Positions 13,891 to 25,808 of a stretch of DNA of 64,000 bases are shown here, piece by piece. Made by a program: the position numbers and the translations under genes. Under the pieces are notes generated by a model. The model saw only the letters and a list, made by a program, of their open reading frames with translations, was not told the DNA's origin and did not search any database. The DNA comes from Octopus vulgaris (lineage: Eukaryota): NCBI GenBank assembly GCA_951406725.2, contig OX597814.1, forward strand, positions 17,360,001-17,424,000, written 5' to 3'. Within the stretch, counting starts at the first letter, position 1, and each line of letters opens with the position of its first letter.

Positions 13891-14114
13891 AGATTTGTAA
13901 GATTTTGTTAAAATATGCAAAGTTTAGAAGCATCTTGTAGACTTTGTCGATACTAGGCTGTCGTAATAAGAGCAGGAAGTAAACCACACGTGCCTTCTCA
14001 ATAGCATAAGAGGCATTCTTTTTCCATTCAACTTACTGACAGCTCTGATTGACATTTTGTGTGAAATAACCCCTCTTCGTGAGTGGAAGGGCACACGGTA
14101 ATATATCTATCGTT

Positions 14115-14350
14115 AAGGCGGCGAGCTGGTAGAAACGTTAGCACGTCGGGCGAAATGCTTAGCGGTATTTCGTCTGCGTTACGTCGTGAGTTCAAATTCC
14201 GCCGAGGTCGACTTTGCCTTTCATCCTTTCGAGGTCGATAAATTAAGTACCAGTCACGCACTGGGGTCGATGTAATCGACTTAATACCTATGTCTGTCCT
14301 TGTTTGTCCCCTCTGTGTTTAGCCCCTTGTGGGTAATAAAGTAATAGGTA
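14115..14350 (+). mobile_element. tRNA-derived SINE family B (Meta/MESC-like centre) with 13-bp target-site duplication
   Basis: GGCGGCGAGCTGG head, GAGTTCAAATTCC B box, GCCTTTCATCCTTTCG.GGTCGATAAA..AAGTACCAG centre. TATATCTATCGTT at 14102-14114 and 14352-14364. Confidence 0.9.
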
Positions 14351-14700
14351 CTATATCTATCGTTTTAAAACTATGAACGGAGTTAAACACAAACCCAAAT
14401 AAGATGTGACCTACCTTGATCTTCAGCTGGTTTCTTAATGTTCTTGAAGGAGGAACATAAGCGTCGCCATCAGAGACATCGGTGGCGGTGTTCGCTCCTG
14501 GCTAGTAGTCATCTTCGTGGTACCATAACACTCAGGGAAGTCGTAACATTTACCAATACCTAGTTAGGTGGAATCGTTACAGATATACACGTTCTCGTGT
14601 CACCATAAAGATGTACAAATTTATTGCGAACTTAATTACTTTTAAACTTGATAGAGGACGAGCCAAATTATATCCAGCTCACTGAAGAGCTGCGAGATGG

Positions 14701-14935
14701 ATACCTATTTCTTTACTACCCACAAGGGGCTAAACGCAAAGAGGACAAATAAGGACAGACAAACGGATTAAGTCGATTATATCGACCCCAGTGCGTAACT
14801 GGTACTTATTTAATCGATCCCGAAAGGATGAAAGGCAAATTCAACATCGGCGGAATTTGAACTCAGAATGTAGAGGCAGACGAAATACTGCTAAACATTT
14901 CGCCAGGCGTGCTAACGTTTCTGCCAGCTCGCTGC
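14701..14935 (-). mobile_element. SINE family B with diverged TSD
   Basis: Full reverse copy; flanks GCTGCGAGATGGATACC and GCTGCAAGATTGATACC. Confidence 0.85.
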
Positions 14936-15019
14936 CTGGGCTGCAAGATTGATACCAGAGTTCCTGAAACAATAATTAGTTGATTTAAGACCACACATAA
15001 TTTATAATTTACGCTTTAA

Positions 15020-15239
15020 CCCTTTAGCATTCAAACCGGCCATATCTGGCCAAAATATTTAACCTGTTTTATATTGAAACTGACCAGATCTCGCCTCTCA
15101 CCTCAGCCCTACAATGTCATTCTAAAACTAAAAAATCACATCACTGAAATCTCTAAACTACAAGATAATGCATGATTAATTCAAACCATTTTAAATAAAC
15201 AAACATCACATTTGACAGAATAATCTGAACACTAAAGGG
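15020..15239. mobile_element. piggyBac-type MITE
   Basis: TTAA on both sides (15016-15019, 15240-15243); TIRs CCCTTTAGCATTCA / TGAACACTAAAGGG. Confidence 0.85.
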
Positions 15240-15525
15240 TTAAAGAATATAAAGCCATTGACGACTTTGTAGTTTGTCTAAAGCTAACACTTCACAAGAA
15301 ATTTTGGTGAACACAGCTTTCCCTCGTAAGTATAGAAAACATTTCTTATTTCTTTTATAAGCTTCATTTTTGGTAAGTACTCGTATATCTGCATTTATTT
15401 TTCACGAGTGTCGTTTTTGCTGTTAATGCAATTGTGGGGTTTTTTTCTATTCTTGCAATCAATGTTGTTAATACAAATGCTGGTATCACTACCGTTGATG
15501 ACGTTGGTATTATCATTGTTGTTGT

Positions 15526-15580
<55 letters not shown>

Positions 15581-15591
15581 GATGATGATTG

Positions 15592-15638
<47 letters not shown>

Positions 15639-15677
15639 GTGATGGTGATGGTGATGATGATAATGATGGTGATGGTA

Positions 15678-15710
<33 letters not shown>

Positions 15711-16021
15711 GTGATGGTGATGGTGATGATGGTGGTGATGGTGATGGTGATGGTGATGATGGTGATGGTGATGATGGTGATGGTGGTGATGGTAATGATG
15801 ATGATGATGATGGTGATGGTGATGTTGATGATGGTGATGATGGTGATGATGGTGATGGTGGTGATAGGGGTGATGGTGGTGGTGATGGTGATGATGATGG
15901 TGATGATGATGGTGATGGTGATGATGATGATGATGGTGATGATGATGGTGATGGCGATGGTGGTGGTGGTAGTGGTGATGATGGTGATGGTGATGGTGAT
16001 GGTGGTGGTGGTGGTGGTGGT
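15526..16021. repeat. About 500-bp compound (GAT/GGT)n triplet repeat
   Basis: Read directly; source of the poly-His/Asp/Met ORF calls. Confidence 0.95.
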
Positions 16022-16741
16022 AGACATGCTGACAGTATCGTAAATACATTTGTTTAACATGCAGGTGTCTGTTTCATAATATGGTTGTGTACACATTTCT
16101 TTTTTTTTTTTCCAACGCCGTTCTTTCTTCCAAGTTCTCTTTTAATGTTTTGCTTTCCCCTGTGAGTATTTTCCTCTTATTTTAGTTAATGTTTTTTGTT
16201 GTTGTTGTTGTTTTTATTTTGTTTGTTTTTCCCTTTCTTCGTTCTTTACGCGTTTCGTTTTCTTTCATTCATTCATTCATTCATTTTTCCCTGTATTTCG
16301 TTCTTTCTTTCTTTAACATCCGTCATTTTCTACGTGACAAACAGTATTGTCGGTACAAGTCGAAATCGCCGGGAGCGAAATTCCTGTTGTCGATCATAAT
16401 AATCATCATCATCATCATCATCATCATCAACGTCACCGTTAGCATCATCATCACCACCACCACCACCATTGTCATTGTCATCATCATCATCATCATCATC
16501 ATCACCATCATCTTCACCATTATTCATATCCTCATCATCATCATCATATCGGCGTCATTATCATCATCAAAATAACTTGACGACCTATTCTCTTCGTCTT
16601 CTCCCCTGCACCTGTTATCCTCTTCTTTTTTTCTGCTTCTTCTTCTTCTTCTTCTTCTTCTTCTTCTGATGATGATGATGATGATGACGACGACGGCAAC
16701 AGCAACGGCGGCAGCGGCGGCGGCGGTGGTGGTGGTGGTGG

Positions 16742-16774
<33 letters not shown>

Positions 16775-17294
16775 CCAGCTTATTTAAAAAAAAATATATA
16801 TTTCTGATGTAGTTTTGCATGTTGATGACGAAAATCGCATACATTTTTAATGGAATTTAATATTAAAGAAGTTACAAGCAGTTAAAATTATGTCATTTTA
16901 GCCGTTCGGCAATCTTCAATTAGCGGCATATTGTTTTGTGCTGATCTTCATACAAACCTTTACATGCTCTTTCAACCTGCTAGAAATAGCAGCCAAATCG
17001 TACTTAGACTACTTTTCATAGCGTCTAAAAACACAAAGGGCGCAGTATCGTGCCACGGATCTATATATTTCCACGTTTGAGGCTAGACTAAGCACTTTCT
17101 ACGTGTTGAGTGTTACTAATAACATATAATTTAAAGTGAGTCTCCGCGGATATAAAACTTTATTGAAGTCGTGAAGCTCGAAAATTTTAAGGAAAGTTTA
17201 AACACCAAACAAAATGGACGAAATATTCCATCTCAGATGTAATCTTTGATCGAACTCACGACCCTCGAAACACTTGCAGCGCACCAGATATTTT

Positions 17295-18050
17295 TTCTAC
17301 TTTAGGCACAAGGCCCGAAATTTTGGGAGAGGGGGCCAGTCGATTAGATCTACCCCAGTACGCAAATAGTACTTTATTTATCGACCCTCGAAAGGATGTA
17401 CGGCAAAGTCGACCTCGGCGGAATTTGAACCACAAGGGGCTAAACACAGAGGGGACAAACAAGGACAGACATAGGTATTAAGTCGATTACATCGACCCCA
17501 GTGCGTAACTGGTACTTAATTTATCGACCCCGAAAGGATGAAAGGCAAAGTCGACCTCGGCGGAATTTGAACTCAGAACATAAGGACAAACGAAATACCG
17601 CTTAGCATTTCGCCCGGCGTGCTAACGTTTCTTATTTCTTTATTGCCCACAAGGGAATAAACATAGAGGGGAGAACAAATACAGACAAGGAGATTAAGTC
17701 GTTTACATCGACCCCAGTGCGTAACTGGTACTTAATTTATCGGACCCGAAAGGTTGAAAGGCAAAGTCGACCTCGGCAGAATTCGAACTCAGAACGTAGC
17801 GGCAGACGAAATACCTATTTCTTTACTACCCACAAGGGGCTAAACACAGAGGGGACAAACAAGGACAGACAAATGGATTAAGTCGATTACATCGACCCCA
17901 GTGCGTAACTAGTACTTTATTTAATCGACCCCGAAAGGATGAAAGGCAAGGTCGACCTCGGTGGAATTTGAACTCAGAACGTAACGGCAGACGAAATCCC
18001 GCTTAGCATTTCACCCGGCGTGCTAACGTTTCTGCCAGCTCCCCGCCTTA
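17295..18050 (-). mobile_element. Tandem/nested array of SINE family B units
   Basis: AAAG(T/G)TCGACCTCGG-type block recurs four times in head-to-tail order. Confidence 0.85.
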
Positions 18051-18408
18051 GCGCACCACAGATATTAGATATACTTTCGTTTTACTTATGATAATATTGT
18101 TAACAGTTTGGTGTATAGATTTGTTGTACAATTTTCGCTGGTCATGAATGCGATAAAATATTTAAATCTGTGAAAACTGACTCCAATTTAAATATTTTTA
18201 ATGACTTGAAGAGACACCGTATTGTGTTATGCAGCCATAATACACTACAAATACATTAAACGTTTTTATAAGTCAATACTATGTTAGACTGTGATAGTAA
18301 TTCTATTACATCACCTCTTATGGTTATCGCTATTGAATTTCTATACAAATTATAGCTACCACTGGTTATAATTTCTATAGAAAGTCTCTTGAAATACCCT
18401 TAACAAGT

Positions 18409-18454
<46 letters not shown>

Positions 18455-18464
18455 CACGTGCACG

Positions 18465-18504
<40 letters not shown>

Positions 18505-18544
18505 CATATATATTCGCCATGTTGGACAGCGGATATCTGCAAGT

Positions 18545-18690
18545 TTTTTTATTTTCTCATTCTTTTTTGTTGAAGAGCGTAGCCTCGAAATGTAAAAGAC
18601 TTTTTAATTTTTCGAGCGTCAAACTAATATAACTGTTTGTTGTTCATATGCCTGTTTTTGTCTTTTGTTTTTCTATAAATTTCAACTATA
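18545..18690 (+). mobile_element. pLTR module family H2, decayed hammerhead at 18562-18598
   Basis: TTGTTGA-A-GAGC-gtag-CCTC-GAAAT-GTA-AAAG; ends at TA run. Confidence 0.6.
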
Positions 18691-18710
18691 TATAGTTAAT
18701 TGATATATGT

Positions 18711-18775
<65 letters not shown>

Positions 18776-18884
18776 TTAACTCCATTTACCCACAATCTAG
18801 AAGCATTTTGTAGACTTCGCTGACACTAGGCTATTGTAGTCAGTTATAGAGGCCTATCAGACAGGAAGTATATATATATATATA

Positions 18885-19167
18885 TGTTTAAGTAGTTGAA
18901 TGAATTATCCAAGTATGGATAATTCGGTTAACCGATACTCGGGTAGCAAATTTACGTCAGAAAGCACGGTTGAAGCTACATGCCAAGGGCAGAAATCACG
19001 TGCTTTCGTTTTTTGAAGGCGAGCCATCTAATGCGGATGATAAATGCATTTGTTTTGTTGACAACTTCCTTAAGGAAGGTTTCTTTCGGTGGTATTGGTA
19101 TGTCCTTAAGGGATGCGTTAATGTCGAACAACTCCATTTGCGGTATCGTTCGACTCCATTCTTTCAT

Positions 19168-19170
<3 letters not shown>
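18885..19170 (-). mobile_element. 5' coding fragment of a second PLE lineage, between microsatellites
   Basis: ORF 18976-19167(-): ASLKDIPIPPKETFLKEVVNKTNAFIIRIRWLA resembles the SLKNIPIP..K.E.FI.R.RW.A N-terminal motif I recall from non-Poseidon PLE proteins. Confidence 0.6.
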
Positions 19171-19238
<68 letters not shown>

Positions 19239-19248
19239 AATCAACAAA

Positions 19249-19450
19249 AAGGCGGCGTGCTGGCAGAGTCGGTAGCACGCCGAGCAAGCCTTTCGTCTTT
19301 ACTTTCTGAGTTTGAATTCCTCCGAGGTCGAAATTTCACTTTCATCCTCTCAGAGTCGATAAAATAAGTACCAGTTGCACACTGGAGATCGATTTAATGG
19401 ACTTAGCTTCTGTCCGAAACCTGATGACCTTATGCCTAAATTTGAAACTA
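19249..19450 (+). mobile_element. SINE family B-related, diverged
   Basis: GGCGGCGTGCTGGCAGA head and TTTCATCCT..GTCGATAAAATAAGTACCAG centre. Confidence 0.75.
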
Positions 19451-19743
19451 GTGTCACTAACAAGTTGAAAACACTTGGGCCTGCCTCAAGCGATAAAACA
19501 TTTAGTGCAGCGACATATTTCATCCTTTCTGGGAGTTTTTTAAAAAACGTATCTCAATTTACCATCGTGTAGTTTAAAGGACATTTGGCTGCAATTTCTT
19601 GCAGCTTAAGGATGATTTGAAAGATATGTATGTGCTAATCTCTGTAGTAACGAAGATCTGCATACATGATATGACGACAGACGAAGGCTTTCGATTGGCT
19701 AAAAATACCAAAATTTAAATACTTTTAACTGGTTTATTATTAA

Positions 19744-20142
19744 CTAGCAGTATCGCCCGGCGTTGCTCGGGTTTGTAAGGGAAATAACTATATAAGCATT
19801 TTTAGAGAGTTATAGCCAAAAGATAGCAAAAAAAAATGTATTAAAAATGGAAAAAAAATGATGGTAAATTTTTTTTAAATCGTTGACTCATCGTAGACAT
19901 TTTAGAGAGTTACTTCCCTTATATAATAGCGAAAAAAATGCATTAAAATGGAAAAAAATGATGGTAAATTTTTTTGTAAATCGTAGACTCATCGTAGACG
20001 CGCGCTTATACCCAGAAGGGCTCGACATGAATCACGACTATAAGATACCCGGTTTTGATTAAACTGCACCGCAAACTGTGGGAGTAGTTAGGAATCTAAA
20101 TCGTAGGAGACAGACACACAACCTTACTTTTATATATAAAGA
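19744..20142 (-). mobile_element. Non-autonomous Helitron
   Basis: Minus strand begins TCTTTATATATAAAAG and ends CCCGAGCAACGCCGGG-CGATACTG-CTAG (subterminal GC hairpin plus CTAG); inserted between A and T, no TSD; internal ~105-bp direct duplication. Confidence 0.85.
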
Positions 20143-21058
20143 TTTCTATGGGATAAATGGAAGTGATTTTCGTTATCAGTTTGAAAAACTAAATCAAAAG
20201 TACATTCTTTTTAATATAATCCGGTAAGAATTTGAAAAACTTCAAGTGGCTGAAAGAAATTTAACAAGATCTGGTAATGAAGAGGCTTATATTAATTATC
20301 ATTATGGTTATGTTCATGATTATGATAAAAACAAAACAACGCGGAGGATAAAAATGGTGATGATGATGATGATGATGATGATGATGACGAAGACGATGAT
20401 AACGACGATGATGACGATGATTATGATGAAGACAGTGAGGAGGACGACGACGACGATGATGAAGTCAGCGGCAGCGGTGGTGGTGATGGATGCTGATACG
20501 GAAAATGATATTGTGACGGCGATGATGATGATGATGATGATGATTTTGACGGAGAAAAGAACAAAACAATGAAAGAGAAGAAGGAGCGGGAGGAACATGT
20601 TGACAGTACAGTAAGAATATGTCCACCACACAGTTGTAGACTCAAGAATACTTTAATTTACTAATAAATAGCACTGGGTGGTCAAATCCTGCTTTAGTGA
20701 TAAAACAAACATAAAACATATAGAAAAGTATCACCTTTCTGAAGCTGCTTAGTGTGGGAGGTCAAGGGAAAGAAAAGAAAGAAAGAAAGCAACTAACAAA
20801 CAAACAAGGATGATAGGAAGGAAATAAGGTAGGAGGCTGTCGGAAGTATTCTCAGCACTTCCAGCTCGTCACTCACAAAATTTAAACAAATATCAAGGTA
20901 GAGAGAAAAGATATGTTGAAAGCCTCATAGAGAGACTTTAGCTACAAATGGATTTAAGTTACAAACTACTGAAAAACACTTTGGGAGAGACACATCGGAA
21001 AACATGACGGCAGTTTAGATAAACAGAAATATATAAGACACTATAAAAACGCCCACGC

Positions 21059-21390
<332 letters not shown>

Positions 21391-21430
21391 AATAATAATA
21401 ATAATAATAATAAGGCAATAATAATAATAA

Positions 21431-21663
21431 GGCATTAGGCATGATAAAAAAATATTCAGACAAATACATAACAAAAACACCAGGACTTACAAACACATAT
21501 AACATACAGAAAATTGCACTACTAGGCACTGCACACATCCTACGCAGAAAACTTTCCATACAATAACCATCAGAGCATCACAACAAATCACAGCACATAC
21601 CCAAGGCACACAGAGCTACGCTCGGTAGTGAAGTGAAAGCACGCTATAAAAATAAAACTACTG
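21431..21663 (+). mobile_element. Dong/R4-type LINE 3' end, family D1 copy 2
   Basis: ALGMIKKYSDKYITKTPG..IQKIALLGTAHILR; bounded by (TAA)n. Confidence 0.8.
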
Positions 21664-21683
21664 AATAATAATAATAATAATAA

Positions 21684-22230
21684 ATGCCCTGATGCAGTAC
21701 CAGGCAGTGGCTCTTGTGGCTTCTGATCTTAACTGATTGGAAGTGTTATTATGTACATTGTTTTGTCTTGGTATAAAAGATGGGCTACAGCAAATATTCT
21801 GCTCAATACCACAGATTTGCTTGTCAGTTGTTTGACCTTAACCAGTTGAGTATGTCCCTTAGTGGCTGACGATATGTGCATCTCTGATCACGAGTAAAAG
21901 TAGTGGGGGAGCATCATAGCCATGTGTTGAGAGGGATTCTTTGGGGTTTGAATAATTCACCTCCGGAAACATGGGTGGTTCTTTTAACATCCTTAAACAA
22001 CCCTTGTTCAGGGACCTTTTGAGCTACTCAACCTGAAGAAAATTCTAACGGGGTCCCACCTGCAAGGTCATGTGCTGTTTATCTTGATATGAGATCACCA
22101 TGTCGCGCACATATGGTTGTGATGCATGTGCCTGGTGTACCCTTATCAGACGGGTAGTCATGATGGGTATATTGGGCTTCGTATATTTTACCCCAGTGTC
22201 ACTTTGATGGCATGCACTGCTCTATCACTC
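21684..22230 (+). mobile_element. Probable long 3' UTR of another TAA-targeting LINE
   Basis: 550-bp complex sequence precisely bounded by (TAA)n on both sides inside the Dong cluster; no coding motif seen. Confidence 0.45.
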
Positions 22231-22252
22231 AATAATAATAATAATAATAATA

Positions 22253-22603
22253 AAAGCAACAGCATGCCTAGCTGACAACAAGGTTTACGATAAGGAAGAA
22301 AGGAAAGTCGATAGATATGGCAGGTTAGCTTGGGAAGTTAAGCAGTTGTGGTCGATGAAAAGGGTGGTAGTAGTACGAATAATTGTCGGAGCTCTGGGAA
22401 CGGTGAGTGAAAATCTCGAGGAGTACATGGAACGAATAGGGGCTACAATAAGTGTGGAGCACTTGCAGAAAACAGCACTGCTTGGAACCGCTCAAATAAA
22501 TACTCCGGAAGATGCTCGAAAAATAAGAGGTGTTACCTTAGTTCACTACTTTTGAATAGCTGACCGCGTACTACATCTCCAGCGTTAGAAGCTGTGCAAA
22601 GGC
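22253..22603 (+). mobile_element. Dong/R4-type LINE 3' end, family D2
   Basis: DKEERKVDRYGRLAWEVKQLWSMKRVVVVRIIVGALG..LQKTALLGTA: C-terminal part of a restriction-like endonuclease domain; bounded by (TAA)n. Confidence 0.8.
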
Positions 22604-22680
<77 letters not shown>

Positions 22681-22681
<1 letters not shown>

Positions 22682-22943
22682 CTAAAAACAGAAACAATTC
22701 CTATCATAGTAGGTGCATTAGGCATGATAAAAAAATATTCAGACAAATACATAACAAAAACACCAGGACTTACAAACACATATAACATACAGACAATTGC
22801 ACTACTAGGCACTGCACACATCCTACGCAGAACACTTTCCATACAATAACCATCAGAGCATCACAACAAATCACAGCACATACCCAAGGCACACAGAGCT
22901 GCGCTCGGTAGTGAAGTGAAAGCACGCTATAAAAATAAAACTA

Positions 22944-22946
<3 letters not shown>
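22681..22946 (+). mobile_element. Dong/R4-type LINE 3' end, family D1 copy 3
   Basis: LKTETIPIIVGALGMIKK..IALLGTAHILRRTL; same 3' UTR as copies 1 and 2. Confidence 0.82.
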
Positions 22947-23000
<54 letters not shown>

Positions 23001-23083
23001 TAAAATGATGGTGGTGATGATGATGATGATGATGATAGCAAGAAGAAGAAGAAGAAGAAGAAGAAGAAGAAGAAGAAGAAGAA

Positions 23084-23115
<32 letters not shown>

Positions 23116-23122
23116 AGAAAAA

Positions 23123-23330
23123 GAAATTCTGAAAGAGTAAGACGAAAATTATTCTGATGATAATTGGTACACTTCACACAACACCCCAAATGCGACCCAT
23201 GAGAACAGAAGGATATAGAAATTGGGAAGTCGCATTGTCGACCAGCAGAATATCTTATGTTCTACAAGAATCCTAAAAAATATTTGAGGACAAATGTTAT
23301 GAGCAAATCACAACACACCATCCATACTAA
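23123..23330 (+). mobile_element. Old Dong/R4-type 3' fragment, family D4
   Basis: KTKIILMIIGTLHTTP..; homologous to the inverted copy at 24172-24270 (FWKTKTKIIPMIIGVLGTAPK). Confidence 0.55.
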
Positions 23331-23495
23331 AATAACCTCTTCCTCCTCCTCCTCCTCCTCCTCCTCTTTTACTACTACTACTACTATTACTACTACTACT
23401 GCTGCTGCTGCTTCTGCTACTACTACTACTACTGCTGCTACTACTACTGCTGCTACTACTACTGCTGCTACTACTACTACTACAACTACTGCTGC

Positions 23496-23567
<72 letters not shown>

Positions 23568-23600
23568 TAATAACAATAATAATAATAATAATACTAATAC

Positions 23601-23652
<52 letters not shown>

Positions 23653-23661
23653 TAATGATGA

Positions 23662-24165
23662 TAAATGATCCAGGCTAATCGACCAGACATAATTATTGAA
23701 GACAGAGAAAAAAATACTTGTAGATTAATAGGTGTAAGTGTTCCATCTGATAAAAATATATCTGTAAAGAAATTTGACGAATTAAGTAAATATAAGGACC
23801 TAGAAATTGAAATACAAAAATGTGGCATCTTAAAGTGAGAACCGTTCCTCTTATTGTAGGTGCCCTAGATATGATTAAAAAAATGGATATCAGAAACATC
23901 TAGATAAGATCCCGGGAGAACCATGTCACGGAAATATCCGAAAGATTGTGCTGACAAGTACTGCCCACATCCTCCTCATAAAAAAAACCCTATCTATTTA
24001 AATGTGTTGTATTACATGAGGATATTTCGCTACTGCCCCTACCACTTCCCCTCCCCAAGATTTCAATCATACTGTAATATCTCTTATCCTTCACTCGCCC
24101 TATGGCACTAAGTGTGTCTCGGCAAGTAATTGTAACAAACATGCAGATTAAAAGTTTTTAAAAAA
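23662..24165 (+). mobile_element. Dong/R4-type LINE 3' end, family D3, including the RPDI endonuclease motif
   Basis: QANRPDIIIEDREKNTCRLIGVSVPSDKNISVKKFDELSKYKDLEIEIQK / WHLKVRTVPLIVGALDMIK with frameshifts. Confidence 0.82.
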
Positions 24166-24868
24166 TAATAGCTTCGATATCCTTCAAATCTCATGGGTAG
24201 CTTTTTGGGTGCTGTGCCAAGTACACCAATTATCATCGGAATAATTTTCGTTTTAGTTTTCCAGAATTTTCTTCTTCTTCTTCTTCTTCTTCTTCTTCTT
24301 CTCCTCCTCCTTCTCCTCCTCCTTCTTCTTCTTCTTCTTCTTCTTCTTCTTCTTCTTCTTCTTCTTCTTCTTCTTCTTCTTGCGGCAGAGATATAGACAA
24401 ATAAACGACGAGTTTCTTTCCGTTTCCGTCTACCAAATCCACTCACAAGGCTTTGGTCGGCCCGAGGCTATAATAGAAGACACTTGCCCAAGGTGCCACG
24501 TAGTGGGAATGAACATGGAACCACGTTGTTGGTAAGCAAGCTACTTTATTTCATTTTATTTGCGATAAAGGCAGTATACAGAGTAGCTGCGGGCTGGACA
24601 AACATATTAATGAATGAAAATGAAATAGAAATGAATAAATGAGAGACGAAACCCAACACCCACCGATTGGATTTTTCTCGAAAACATATTTTCTTTTTTT
24701 TAAAAATCAACATGAGGTTTCAAACCTCTTACAAAAAGGAGGCTCTAAAACCTCTTACTTAACATGTTTTTTTTTAAACACACAATTGAGGTTATAAACC
24801 ACTACAAATAATGCCATTTAAAGAAACACACAAAAACCGTTAGATTCACTTCAACATTTAAATTTAAT

Positions 24869-24917
24869 TTGCCAAAATGTTTTCGTCGCTTTGAGACCGC
24901 GACCTGTTCACTGATAA
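24869..24917 (-). ncRNA. Minimal hammerhead motif with swapped G3-C8 core
   Basis: TTATCA-GTGAACA-G-GTCGC-ggtctcaaa-GCGAC-GAAAA-CA-TTT-TGGCAA. Confidence 0.6.
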
Positions 24918-24954
24918 AATTCCGTGCTGCAAAAGGTTTAATAAAAATAACAAC

Positions 24955-25130
24955 TAATTAATCAATAGTGTATTCACCCTTGTTGTTTACACCTTTTGCA
25001 CAACGTTCAACAAGGTTTTCAATACCTCGTTGGTAGAAATCACCTCGATTTCTACTCAAAAAATTCATCCAACCAAACTCTCAAATTCTTCATCAGTATA
25101 GAACGAAACTCTGCGCATAGCATTTGAAAC
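24955..25130 (-). mobile_element. Mariner transposase C-terminal fragment
   Basis: Minus strand: ..WLDEFF / GDFYQRGIENLVERCAKGVNNKGEYTID*. Confidence 0.75.
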
Positions 25131-25134
25131 AAAT

Positions 25135-25327
25135 CGAAATTTTGGGAGAGGGAGGGTCAGTCGATTAAAGTGACACCAGTACTCAACTGATACTTCATTT
25201 ATCGACCCCGAAAAGATGAAAGCTAAAGTCGACCTCAGCGGAATTTGAATTCAGAACGTAGCGGCAGACGAAATGCCGCTAAACATTTCGCCCGGCGTGC
25301 TAACGTTTCTGCCAGCTCGTTGCCTTA
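25135..25327 (-). mobile_element. SINE family B
   Basis: Reverse match to head and centre. Confidence 0.8.
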
Positions 25328-25435
25328 AGAAATATATCATTGAAAGTACACGTACAGGATGAAACTGTATTGTTATTGTTGGCGATTTCTAGCTCTTTAG
25401 CTCATTCAAACTAGACTCAGCACACCAATGAGCAA

Positions 25436-25488
<53 letters not shown>

Positions 25489-25490
<2 letters not shown>

Positions 25491-25680
25491 AATTAAGGAC
25501 TGAACACGAAAAGTGGACAGTCAACATGCTAGATATAGACGTCAAATCGCCATTCTCCACAAAGATTATGTAAGATTGTGCCGAGTTTGATTTGAGAGCA
25601 TAATCTTTGTGGAGAATGGCGATTTGACGTCTATATCTAGCATGTTGACTGTCCACTTTTCGTGTACAGTCCTTAATTGG
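25489..25680. repeat. Near-perfect 82-bp inverted repeat with 28-bp spacer, flanked by TA runs
   Basis: Arms 25489-25570 and 25599-25680, one mismatch seen. Confidence 0.9.
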
Positions 25681-25769
25681 TATATATAAATATTTTAATC
25701 TTCGGATTCTTTTTTAATATGCTAGACCACTGGTTTTAATTGATAAATATCAATTTCTACCCTTAATTG

Positions 25770-25808
<39 letters not shown>

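Noticed and set aside
14678-14975. CTGAAGA ... GAAAC apparently split by a SINE insertion
   Set aside because: After removing the SINE and one TSD, stem II, the NUH triplet and stem I still do not fit.
16022-16095. Forkhead-like and E-box motifs between triplet repeats
   Set aside because: Short motifs expected by chance in AT-rich DNA; no conservation evidence available.
15395-16096. Long poly-His / poly-Asp-Gly / poly-Met ORFs
   Set aside because: A pure GAT/GGT repeat that is open in several frames; no splice context or unique flanking protein sequence.
17295-18050. Regularly spaced repeats resembling a CRISPR array
   Set aside because: Whole units repeat, with no unique spacers; eukaryotic SINE multimers.
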